IMG/VR virus record: IMGVR_UViG_3300025424_000009
Origin: a virus
Length of the DNA stretch: 64,000 bases
Strand: one strand, 5' to 3'
The notes below the pieces were generated by a model that was given only the letters and a program-made list of their open reading frames with translations, was not told the origin of the DNA and searched no databases. The translations under genes were made by a program, and so were the position numbers. Shown one piece after another: positions 56,285-64,000 of this stretch; the first letter of the stretch is position 1; every line of letters starts with the position of its first letter.

Positions 56285-57202
56285 ATGGCATACGTTTACA
56301 AACACACCACTAAAAATAAAGAAGTTAATGAAGTATTTTATATAGGAATAGGAAGTGATGAAGGAGGGAAGTATAAGAGAGCTTACAATATTAGACATAG
56401 AAGTGAGTATTGGAAAAGTACTTATAAAAAATACGATCGTGAAATTGAAATACTATTTGATAATTTAACATGGGAAGAAGCTCAACAAAAAGAAATAGAA
56501 CTTATAAAGTTTTATGGCAGAAGAAATTTAGGGTTAGGTACATTATGCAATCTGACAGATGGGGGAGAAGGTTCACTAGGTTATGTACCTACTGAAGAGA
56601 CTTTAATAAAATTATCTGAATCTCATAAAGGTAAAAGTAAAGCCCCTCTTACAGAGGTACATAAAATGAAGTTAATAGAGGGTTTAAAAAATATAGTAAG
56701 AAAACCTGTAAGTGAGGAAACTAAAAAGAAGATGTCTGAATCAGCTAAAAATAGACCTCCTGAAAGTGAAGAGACCAGGCAAAAAAGGAGTGCTTCTCAA
56801 AAATTAAGGGAGGTAAGTGAAGAGACTAAGCAAAGATTAAGAGAAATGAGTTCAGGCAAAGGTCCTACAAAAGAAGCTGCTTTAAAAATATCTAAAGCTA
56901 ATAAAGGTAAAAAGAAGCCTCCAAGGACTGATGAGCATAAATTAAATTTAAGTAAAGCTTGGAAAACTAGACCGCCTATTAAAGATAGTACTAGAGAAAA
57001 ATGGTCTAAAAGTAGTAAAGGTAATAGTTATCGTGCTATACCTGTATTGCAATTAAGTACAGGCAGAATATTTAAATCAATAGAAGAAGTAGCAATTTTT
57101 CTAAATATAACTAGAAACTATCTGTATAAAAAATTCAGTAAATTTACAGATTTTAAAAAATTAGATTCAAAAGAAAATTTAAATAATATTAATAATGAGT
57201 AA
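56285..57202 (+). CDS. GIY-YIG homing endonuclease with NUMOD3-like repeats
   Basis: AYVYKH...VFYIGIG, E..LI..YGR....G.L.N.TDGGEG; repeated SEETK.KMS motifs. Confidence 0.85.
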   Translation: MAYVYKHTTKNKEVNEVFYIGIGSDEGGKYKRAYNIRHRSEYWKSTYKKYDREIEILFDNLTWEEAQQKEIELIKFYGRRNLGLGTLCNLTDGGEGSLGYVPTEETLIKLSESHKGKSKAPLTEVHKMKLIEGLKNIVRKPVSEETKKKMSESAKNRPPESEETRQKRSASQKLREVSEETKQRLREMSSGKGPTKEAALKISKANKGKKKPPRTDEHKLNLSKAWKTRPPIKDSTREKWSKSSKGNSYRAIPVLQLSTGRIFKSIEEVAIFLNITRNYLYKKFSKFTDFKKLDSKENLNNINNE

Positions 57203-57980
57203 ATCTATTTCAGTTATTGTACCTACTTTTCGTGAACCTTCACATTTATCTTTATGTCTAGAATCATTAATAAAAGGACAAGATAATGATAATGAGATTA
57301 TTGTAGTGTGTGATGGCTATAGAATTGAAAATCAACATGTACTTGATAAATGGAAAGATAATATTAAAGTATTAGACTTAGAAACTAATCAAGGTCTTGC
57401 ACGAGCAACTAATTATGGTTGTTATGTAGCCAGTTGTGAATTAATCTTAATAATTAATGATGATAATGTTATGCCAAATCAATGGGATAGTAGGTTACTT
57501 CAAGATTATGAAGATAACTCAGTAATCTCTATAAATCAGATAGAACCAGTACCTTCTATGTTTAGACAATTTTATATAAAAAATTTTGGACGTACTGTAT
57601 CTGAATTCAATCTTTCTAAATTCACAGAAGAAGAATTGAATATATCAAATACGTATGGTAAAGAATGTGGGTATATAGATAATACAGGGAGTACACTACC
57701 ATTCTTAATATCAAAAAGAAATTTTCTTATGTTAGGTGGATGGGATATAGAGTATAATAAACTTGGGGTTTGTGTTGACTGGGATTTTTTTTTAAAAGTA
57801 AGCCTTTCCCATTTAAAAATTAAACGTACATACAGAGTACATGTATATCATTTTGTATCAGTCAGTACAGGTACTAATAGGCAAGAAATAGAACGTATTG
57901 GTCATGACTTTGCTAAATATAAGTGGGGCTATTATATTCAACATGACCCATACACTAATAAAAAATATTTGGCTAGATAG
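57195..57980 (+). CDS. Glycosyltransferase family 2
   Basis: ISVIVPTF, IIVVCDG, NQGLARATN.G, INDD, GGWD, DWDFFLK. Confidence 0.88.
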   Translation: MSKSISVIVPTFREPSHLSLCLESLIKGQDNDNEIIVVCDGYRIENQHVLDKWKDNIKVLDLETNQGLARATNYGCYVASCELILIINDDNVMPNQWDSRLLQDYEDNSVISINQIEPVPSMFRQFYIKNFGRTVSEFNLSKFTEEELNISNTYGKECGYIDNTGSTLPFLISKRNFLMLGGWDIEYNKLGVCVDWDFFLKVSLSHLKIKRTYRVHVYHFVSVSTGTNRQEIERIGHDFAKYKWGYYIQHDPYTNKKYLAR

Positions 57981-58015
57981 AATAATACTATTATCTTTAC
58001 AAAAAAATAATAATT

Positions 58016-58390
58016 ATGGAATTTATAGACATTAGGAAGTTAGTAGGAAAAACTCTCACAAGTATTAAAGGTGGGGTAGGTAGTGACGAACTTATATTAA
58101 CTACTACAGAAGGTGTAGTTTACAAAATGTTTCACGATCAACATTGCTGTGAATATGTATATGTTCAAGACATCATAGGAGACTTAAATGACTTGGTAGG
58201 TACCACTATCATACAAGCAGAAGAAGTTACAAGTGATAAACATCCTGAAGGATATAAGCCTGATGGATATATAGACTCATTCACATGGACATTCTATAAG
58301 TTTGCAACTATAAAAGGTTATGTAACTATAAGGTGGTTAGGTGAGTCTAATGGATATTATTCTGAATCAGTGGAAATTATTAAATGGTAA
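58016..58390 (+). CDS. Conserved-looking hypothetical phage protein
   Basis: HDQHCCE.V...I.GDL.DL.G, TWTFY, W.GESNGYYS. Confidence 0.7.
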   Translation: MEFIDIRKLVGKTLTSIKGGVGSDELILTTTEGVVYKMFHDQHCCEYVYVQDIIGDLNDLVGTTIIQAEEVTSDKHPEGYKPDGYIDSFTWTFYKFATIKGYVTIRWLGESNGYYSESVEIIKW

Positions 58391-58399
58391 AACAAATAT

Positions 58400-58654
58400 A
58401 TGACAAGTAAAACAAGTGTGTATGCTGCTAAGATAGCAGAGCAATTAGCAGGAATCTTTGATCCCTCTTCTCCCAATTACATTGATTTAGAAAGTCTATC
58501 AGATAATGATAACTTTGAAGAATTTATGTTTGCACTAGCAGTAGTGGTTCCACATACAGTGTATACAAAAGGTACAGATTCAGAAGTAGATGTACTAGAG
58601 TTTAATCACCTCATGAACAGATTGATATTTAAAAGAAGTTTATCTGATGTATAG
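58400..58654 (+). CDS. Hypothetical protein
   Basis: ORF track. Confidence 0.6.
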   Translation: MTSKTSVYAAKIAEQLAGIFDPSSPNYIDLESLSDNDNFEEFMFALAVVVPHTVYTKGTDSEVDVLEFNHLMNRLIFKRSLSDV

Positions 58655-58664
58655 GCGTAGGTTT

Positions 58665-58678
58665 GATATTTATAAATA
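58665..58678 (+). promoter_or_regulatory. GATATTTATAAATA candidate late promoter (contains palindrome TATTTATAAATA)
   Basis: Recurring motif immediately before ATG 58678. Confidence 0.6.
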
Positions 58679-59592
58679 TGATGTATCAATTCATAGACGA
58701 GGCTTTTTTACTAGAGGCAGGTGCAATAACTCAAGATAGGATATCTGATGCTGTCAAGAATAAAAGAGTTGTTACTATAGCTTACAAAGGAGAAGAAGAG
58801 GATGAGCCTGGTGTACGTACCATAGAGCCTTCATGCTTCGGTGAAGATAAGAAAGGCCGAATGGTAATAAGGGCATGGCAAAGGGCAGGTAAATCTGTTA
58901 CAGGTATAAACCCACCCCCTGTTACTAAAGGGTGGAAGTGGTTTTTAGTTAGTAGAATAAGTTCATGGAATGAAAGTTCTAATCTAAACTTCACTACCAA
59001 ACGTCCTAAGTACAATACAAAGGGAGATAAGCATATGTCAAAAATATTTGCTATATCTGACTTTGATGGTAAGATTAAGATAAGCCCTTTACCTAAAACT
59101 CCTAAGAAACCTACCCCTGTTAAAAAACCTGGTATAGTAGGTAAGAAAAGTTCTAAAAATCCTAAAGGTACTATTAGTACAACTGTAGTGCCTACAGGCA
59201 AGGAGTACAAGTCTAATGAGAAGATGAGAGACCCTCAAGGAATGGTTAAAACATTCTTTCCTACCAATACTAAAAAAGTGAAGGTGGCTTTATCTCCAGA
59301 GGAGTATAGGGAGATACAAGATCCAGGTAAGTTAAAAGATGCAGTTAAGCTTATAGCAGACAAGGTAAAGAGTCCAAATAAAGAGGTGTTTATAGATATC
59401 TCAGGAATGGATAGTGATAAAATTATAGCCTTCTCGAAGTCAAAGATAAATGTAATGGAATCCTTGTTAGAGCAAGTAGAATGGTTTTCTTATAATTATG
59501 AATTTCCAGTAATATCAAAAAGGTTCATGACTTTAACTGAAATATTAAACTCTGACTTATATGAAGACAACCACGAAGAGCAAGAAGATTAA
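58678..59592 (+). CDS. WYL-domain protein with basic/Pro-rich linker and C-terminal domain
   Basis: VVTIAYK...RTIEPSCFG...IRAWQ...WKWFLVSRI. Confidence 0.75.
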   Translation: MMYQFIDEAFLLEAGAITQDRISDAVKNKRVVTIAYKGEEEDEPGVRTIEPSCFGEDKKGRMVIRAWQRAGKSVTGINPPPVTKGWKWFLVSRISSWNESSNLNFTTKRPKYNTKGDKHMSKIFAISDFDGKIKISPLPKTPKKPTPVKKPGIVGKKSSKNPKGTISTTVVPTGKEYKSNEKMRDPQGMVKTFFPTNTKKVKVALSPEEYREIQDPGKLKDAVKLIADKVKSPNKEVFIDISGMDSDKIIAFSKSKINVMESLLEQVEWFSYNYEFPVISKRFMTLTEILNSDLYEDNHEEQED

Positions 59593-59887
59593 AAGACAAA
59601 TACCCTTCCTTGTATTCAACGCTTACAACGAAGAACACTTTGAAACTATTGAAAATGAGTTTACAGTTCAGGACAAGATATACACAGATACCGTAGAGTC
59701 TATCAGCCATGCAATAGCAGAGGGATGTAAGACTGCGGAGCTGTTTAAGCTACAAGATTACTATTCGGTAATTACCCTGTCAAGAAATGACTTTAAATCG
59801 GTTTTAGAAAATGCAATGGCATTCTATGCGAAGCATGACAACTTTGATAAAGCTATAGAGTGTCAAGGTTTAATTCAGTTAATTTAA
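59561..59887 (+). CDS. Hypothetical protein
   Basis: ORF track. Confidence 0.6.
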   Translation: MKTTTKSKKIKRQIPFLVFNAYNEEHFETIENEFTVQDKIYTDTVESISHAIAEGCKTAELFKLQDYYSVITLSRNDFKSVLENAMAFYAKHDNFDKAIECQGLIQLI

Positions 59888-59900
59888 AAAATTTATAATT

Positions 59901-60347
59901 ATGATGTTTGATGATGAGGATTTAGATGAATTAGAAGATGACTTTATTGAACCTGAATTTACCCCTCCAACTGCTGAAAGGGTAAAGACAAGTATCGATA
60001 AAATAATAGGAAGGAAGACTACTGTACGTAAATCTAAAAAGACTCCGGAAGACAAGAAGCGTGAGAAATTTGTACAACTTATGTTTGATTATGAAAGAGC
60101 CTATACACGAGGTGTTCTTACCTCAGAGTTTTTAGATATGGAAGACTGGGATGATACTTGGATGGATATCATAGATACACTCCTAGAGTTGATATATACA
60201 CCAGCACAGTTAAATATAATACATTTTTATATATTTGATAGGATAGATGATCAAGGTCAAGTAATACCCTATGATTTAGGTTCGGAGAAGTATGTATTCT
60301 TAGATACACCCGAAAACCTATATGAGTTATTGAAACAAATAAAATAA
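59901..60347 (+). CDS. Hypothetical protein
   Basis: ORF track. Confidence 0.65.
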   Translation: MMFDDEDLDELEDDFIEPEFTPPTAERVKTSIDKIIGRKTTVRKSKKTPEDKKREKFVQLMFDYERAYTRGVLTSEFLDMEDWDDTWMDIIDTLLELIYTPAQLNIIHFYIFDRIDDQGQVIPYDLGSEKYVFLDTPENLYELLKQIK

Positions 60348-60350
60348 ATT

Positions 60351-61040
60351 ATGGCAGTATCAAAATTAGTTAGAGCGAGAGGTATACATAAAATAAATAG
60401 GTCTGATATAGAACGTGGGATGTTACATTGTAATTCCATGGTTCAACTTGCTGAATACCTTGATATAAAAAGACAATCTCTTAGAGTACATATGGATTCA
60501 CACCTAGACGAAAATGGTGTATCTCTATATCAGAATTTTTGTAAAAAGATAAAGGAGCAAGGTAGAGGTCGTAAGAGTAATTTAGATAGAGATTTTATAA
60601 CTCACCTACTTGAAATAGGATTACTCGGAAATAAAATGCCTCCGTCCATGGTTAAAGATAAGCTCCTGGACGAGGGTTATTTTGAAAAGAAATGCATGTG
60701 TTGTGGGTTTAGTGATTACAGGAAAGAAGATGCCAAGTATCCACTCTTAATCAATTTTAAGGATGGTAAAAGATCTTCATGGAAGAGAGAGAACTTAGAG
60801 ATACTCTGTTATAACTGCTACTACATTAAGGTCGGGGATTTAATGTTTAAAGACCAACTAGAAGCTTTGGAATTCTATGGTCAACGTAAAAGAAGAGAAG
60901 TTTTTGGTAATGTAAATAGTGAAGCTGTTCTAGACCAAGCTAAGGCTTACAAGTCTGAGATAGATGCTTTACAACAAGATTATGAGCAAACAGATCAATG
61001 GGCTAATGATATTATAGCTTTCAATAAGCTTAAAAAGTAA
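60351..61040 (+). CDS. HTH plus HNH-like Zn-binding protein
   Basis: SMVQLAEYLDI; CMCCG...LLINFKDG....W.RENLEILCYNC (catalytic His appears replaced by Asn). Confidence 0.6.
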   Translation: MAVSKLVRARGIHKINRSDIERGMLHCNSMVQLAEYLDIKRQSLRVHMDSHLDENGVSLYQNFCKKIKEQGRGRKSNLDRDFITHLLEIGLLGNKMPPSMVKDKLLDEGYFEKKCMCCGFSDYRKEDAKYPLLINFKDGKRSSWKRENLEILCYNCYYIKVGDLMFKDQLEALEFYGQRKRREVFGNVNSEAVLDQAKAYKSEIDALQQDYEQTDQWANDIIAFNKLKK

Positions 61041-61166
61041 TTTAAGAAGTGGAGGTTCTGAATGTACATCTTCCTCTAAATTAGGTATCGTTGAAGGTTT
61101 TCTAGCCGTAACAACATAGCCTAGCCGGTAACAAGAAACATTGACTTTCGAGGAGAGACTCGGCCA

Positions 61167-61239
61167 GAATTCTTAGTTTAACTGAATAGAACGTCCATCT
61201 ACGGAGTGGTTAGTGAAGGTTTGAATCCTTCAGAGTTCA
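61167..61239 (+). tRNA. tRNA-Arg(ACG), somewhat degenerate
   Basis: GAATTCT/AGAGTTC acceptor, GTTT/GAAC D stem, CTACGGA anticodon loop, GAAGG-TTTGAAT-CCTTC T arm; no encoded CCA. Confidence 0.7.
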
Positions 61240-61260
61240 CGAAAAATAAAATAATCAATT

Positions 61261-61557
61261 ATGAGGTTACCTTTCAACATTGAAGAGTTACTAGACGAAG
61301 TAGAGGAAAAGTTAGATGGCAGTCGTTTGCCATGGAGATTAACTTCTGCTGTTGAAGATTATGTATCTGAATTAGAGTCAACCATTGAACAACTGGAAGA
61401 TGAAATAGAGAATTTAGAATCTCCACACAAACTGCTTGTAGATGAATTAAAAGAAGAATGGTGGCATGAGGTTAAACAAAAGTTTACATTACCTCAACTA
61501 GAATCTATTTTTGGAACAAGATTTAATTTGAAAAGTTATGATCAAATCATTAATTAA
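61261..61557 (+). CDS. Hypothetical protein
   Basis: ORF track. Confidence 0.6.
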   Translation: MRLPFNIEELLDEVEEKLDGSRLPWRLTSAVEDYVSELESTIEQLEDEIENLESPHKLLVDELKEEWWHEVKQKFTLPQLESIFGTRFNLKSYDQIIN

Positions 61558-61572
61558 CTAATAATTACAAAC

Positions 61573-62910
61573 TTGAAATTACAAGACTTAGTAGAAAAGT
61601 TTATCAAGAACCCTTCCGAAATGAGAAGGGGTGCAGGATTTATGTCAAAGCGTTATAAGATGTCTACAGATGATATAAAAAAAGCAAGAGAGCTAGCTAA
61701 GAGTAGTCTAGAGAGTGCAGACTTCTATCAGACGGTTGATATACCTACCACAGAGAATACTCTAACTACTTCAGGTACTACAGAAGATGTTGCAATAACA
61801 GAGCTTGGTAAACCTAAACTAGTAAAAGAAAAGGTATCTGAAAACGGAGATAGAGATTTGGAAATTCTATCAGATAAACCTCTTAGTAGAGAGGAGATTG
61901 AAAAAGAATTTCATATAGACAATATCTCCACTACCTTATCTAACTACTGGAATAAAGCTACACCTAGTGGTAGGTACCTAGTAAGTGCCTTTATAAAGTG
62001 TCATCATAATAACTTCCATTCAGAAGAACAATTAAGAGAGAAGTTAAAGTCAATGTTGATTGACACTGAGCCTACCTTAGTAAAGAAAGCTGTCAGCCCT
62101 TCTGAAAAGATATGTATCGTTTACTTATCTGACGAGCATGTAGGGGCTTTAAATCATGTAGATGATGTACATGGTAACTTCTATTCCTCGGATATATACA
62201 TAGGAAGATTAGAGCAAGTGGTGCAAGAGGTATTAGATTTGGAATCCACCTATGAGAAGTTATACATTATTAATCTAGGAGATGAGGCTGATAGCCAGCT
62301 TGATAAGATGACTACTAGGAAAGGTCATGTATTACCTTCAGAGAGTGGTAAAGTTCAGTTTGACATATACATAAAAGGACGTAGGATGCTATTTGAATCT
62401 ATCTTCTCTTCTGGAGTATCTGCTGAGTACGAAGTTATAAATTGTAATAACAGTAATCATAGTGGTAATGATCTTAGTTACATATGGAATAGAGCAGTAG
62501 AGATATGGCTTGAAGCAAGGTTTCCTGAAGTGATAGTAAAGAACGTTACTAAGTATATTGATTGTTTTGAATATGGCAAGCATGTAGTAGCTTTTGCACA
62601 TGGCAAGGATGATAAGGATATGGGTAAGAATTGGCCTTTACAAATTAATACTAATGTTGATGGGTGGATTATGCAATGGTTTGATAGAAAAGGTTACAGC
62701 TCTTCTAGAAATTGGCTACATGTAAGGAAGGGAGATTTACACAGTCTCAATGTAAGTATGGGGAAATTTGGAGATTATATTTCTATGCCTTCAGTTTATG
62801 GAAGCTCTTCATGGATTGGCCTGAACTTTGGGCTAGGTAGGCCTGGAGCTTATATAGAAGTGTTATCAAAGAAATCTCCATCTGTTACTAATAAATTTAT
62901 TTGGTTTTAA
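61573..62910 (+). CDS. Calcineurin-like metallophosphoesterase with N-terminal extension
   Basis: YLSDEHVG, NLGDEAD, NNSNH, FAHG, GDLH. Confidence 0.75.
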   Translation: MKLQDLVEKFIKNPSEMRRGAGFMSKRYKMSTDDIKKARELAKSSLESADFYQTVDIPTTENTLTTSGTTEDVAITELGKPKLVKEKVSENGDRDLEILSDKPLSREEIEKEFHIDNISTTLSNYWNKATPSGRYLVSAFIKCHHNNFHSEEQLREKLKSMLIDTEPTLVKKAVSPSEKICIVYLSDEHVGALNHVDDVHGNFYSSDIYIGRLEQVVQEVLDLESTYEKLYIINLGDEADSQLDKMTTRKGHVLPSESGKVQFDIYIKGRRMLFESIFSSGVSAEYEVINCNNSNHSGNDLSYIWNRAVEIWLEARFPEVIVKNVTKYIDCFEYGKHVVAFAHGKDDKDMGKNWPLQINTNVDGWIMQWFDRKGYSSSRNWLHVRKGDLHSLNVSMGKFGDYISMPSVYGSSSWIGLNFGLGRPGAYIEVLSKKSPSVTNKFIWF

Positions 62911-62970
62911 ATAGTAGTGAAATAAAAAAATCCCATCAACCCTTTTACCTCTAAACAAAATCTCTCTCAT
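62866..62970 (-). pseudogene. Truncated YopX-family gene remnant (MREILFRGKRVDG...)
   Basis: First 13 codons match the typical YopX N-terminus, then similarity is lost and the frame runs antisense into the phosphoesterase gene. Confidence 0.55.
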
Positions 62971-62972
62971 AA

Positions 62973-63206
62973 TTATATATTTTCTATTTCTTTTTTAACT
63001 TTTAAGTAATCTTCAATCTCGTACCATATGTTATCATTGTCATCAATATTATTAAATTCATCCTCATACAACCCTTCTAAAATTAAATCTACCTCTTCTA
63101 AAGACTTTTCCTTTGCTTCCCTTGTACGCTCTTTAATAGAGTTAGGGTGAGTATAGTTTAAGTAATGCTTAGTAAATATTTTTGAAGCTTCAAATTTATG
63201 ATTCAT
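62973..63206 (-). CDS. Hypothetical protein
   Basis: ORF track; part of the - strand block. Confidence 0.6.
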   Translation of the reverse strand: MNHKFEASKIFTKHYLNYTHPNSIKERTREAKEKSLEEVDLILEGLYEDEFNNIDDNDNIWYEIEDYLKVKKEIENI

Positions 63207-63762
63207 TATTTTCTAATTTATAAGTCGTTCTAACTCCACCTGGTTCCCAGCTACAAGGTGGTAGTGTTTCTATAACCTTGTTCAAATTATCTAATGCTTC
63301 TTGGAGTTCTTTAGGTAATTCACCATCACCGTCCTCCGGCATTCTATCACTCCAATATTCCGGTTCAACCTTATCATAATGTAAGGGATCACAGAAGAGT
63401 AAATCTAATTTAGTTAATTCATTCTCATCCATGTACTCAATGATATCTTCCTCATCGAAGAAATACCGGTCACCGAAAGCCTCTATCACAGGAGATCCAT
63501 CATACTCCTTGAAAGGCATCCTCAAGTAATTAGCTTGGGCAGTTTTATTTCTACAATCCTTACAGGTGAGATAAAATTTGTTGTCGGTGAGGTTACCACA
63601 ATTTTTACACTTAATATGAGTGCAGCTATCATATCTTGCCATGTGTTCTGCACTATCACCTCTACTATAAAATTTGCCGTTAGTACTTAGCCACCCTTTT
63701 GCATTTGTGATGTAAGTAGCCGCTTCAGGGCTATCATACAGTATTACTTTTTCATTTTTCAT
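63196..63762 (-). CDS. Hypothetical protein with Cys motifs
   Basis: ORF track; CKNC/CKDC. Confidence 0.7.
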   Translation of the reverse strand: MKNEKVILYDSPEAATYITNAKGWLSTNGKFYSRGDSAEHMARYDSCTHIKCKNCGNLTDNKFYLTCKDCRNKTAQANYLRMPFKEYDGSPVIEAFGDRYFFDEEDIIEYMDENELTKLDLLFCDPLHYDKVEPEYWSDRMPEDGDGELPKELQEALDNLNKVIETLPPCSWEPGGVRTTYKLENNES

Positions 63763-64000
63763 AATCTTCTATTTTAGCATTTAATAAATAAAACATTTCC
63801 CCATTAAACATAATATCTTCGACCTCTGCCGAAAAGCAAGCATCATCCAATTCTACACAATAAGATTCACCCTCATCTGTATAATGAAGAACTTCTGTTT
63901 CGCCTGTTTTGTCACTAATGAAATGTCCTTGATCCATACTTTCACATTCACTATCTGAGAAGTTATACCTTTGGACTCTTGAAAATGAATATGCCTTGTC
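63752..64000 (-). CDS. Hypothetical protein, possibly 5'-partial
   Basis: Frame stays open from ATG 63937 to the right window edge. Confidence 0.55.
   Translation of the reverse strand, partial: DKAYSFSRVQRYNFSDSECESMDQGHFISDKTGETEVLHYTDEGESYCVELDDACFSAEVEDIMFNGEMFYLLNAKIEDYEK

Noticed and set aside
4614-58677. ORF-track starts giving MIFI N-termini (4614, 11727, 21948, 58663)
   Set aside because: These starts fall inside the (N)TGATATTTAT motif; the downstream ATGs at 4641, 11742, 21972 and 58678 are more plausible
2056-59710. Numerous - strand ORFs and short alternative-frame ORFs inside + strand genes (e.g. 2056-2379, 19701-20099, 37543-37800, 58782-59210)
   Set aside because: They lie fully within well-supported genes and have the Ser/Phe/Leu-rich composition expected of antisense shadows
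1-64000. Stop-codon reassignment (alternative genetic code)
   Set aside because: Long genes are intact under the standard code, and TAA, TAG and TGA all end genes at normal junctions; no suppressor tRNA was seen

Overview
AT-rich, densely coding, almost entirely + strand segment of a large tailed dsDNA phage with a T4-like contractile tail. The host is probably Bacteroidota, because TTTG-N19/20-TAnnTTTG promoters recur before operons and Shine-Dalgarno motifs are not evident. Layout: 1-15.8 kb is a tail/baseplate module (sheath, tube, gp26-like chaperone, tape measure, baseplate proteins). 15.8-35 kb is replication and nucleotide metabolism (two unrelated family A DNA polymerases, one split into two genes; SSB, RecA/UvsX, 5'-3' exonuclease, DnaB-like helicase, intein-containing class II RNR, dUTPase). 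36-41 kb holds GroES/GroEL and a PD-(D/E)XK nuclease. 41.7-58 kb is an island of about 9 glycosyltransferase-like genes with ThyX, a DNA methyltransferase and an ADP-ribosyltransferase-like gene. 58-63 kb has a WYL protein, an HNH-like protein, a tRNA and a metallophosphoesterase; a convergent - strand block closes the window. Four free-standing homing-endonuclease-like genes and two degenerate tRNAs are present. The most notable observations are: (1) a duplicated ~120-nt structured RNA with compensatory changes that resembles a TnpB/IS605 right-end (omegaRNA) remnant and now forms the 5' leader of groEL and of a Zn-ribbon gene; (2) a likely programmed +1/-2 frameshift in the tail chaperone gene just before the tape measure gene; (3) a split PolA beside a second divergent PolA; (4) a conserved GATATTTAT candidate late promoter. 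No database searches were run, so family assignments rest on recognised motifs and gene context.
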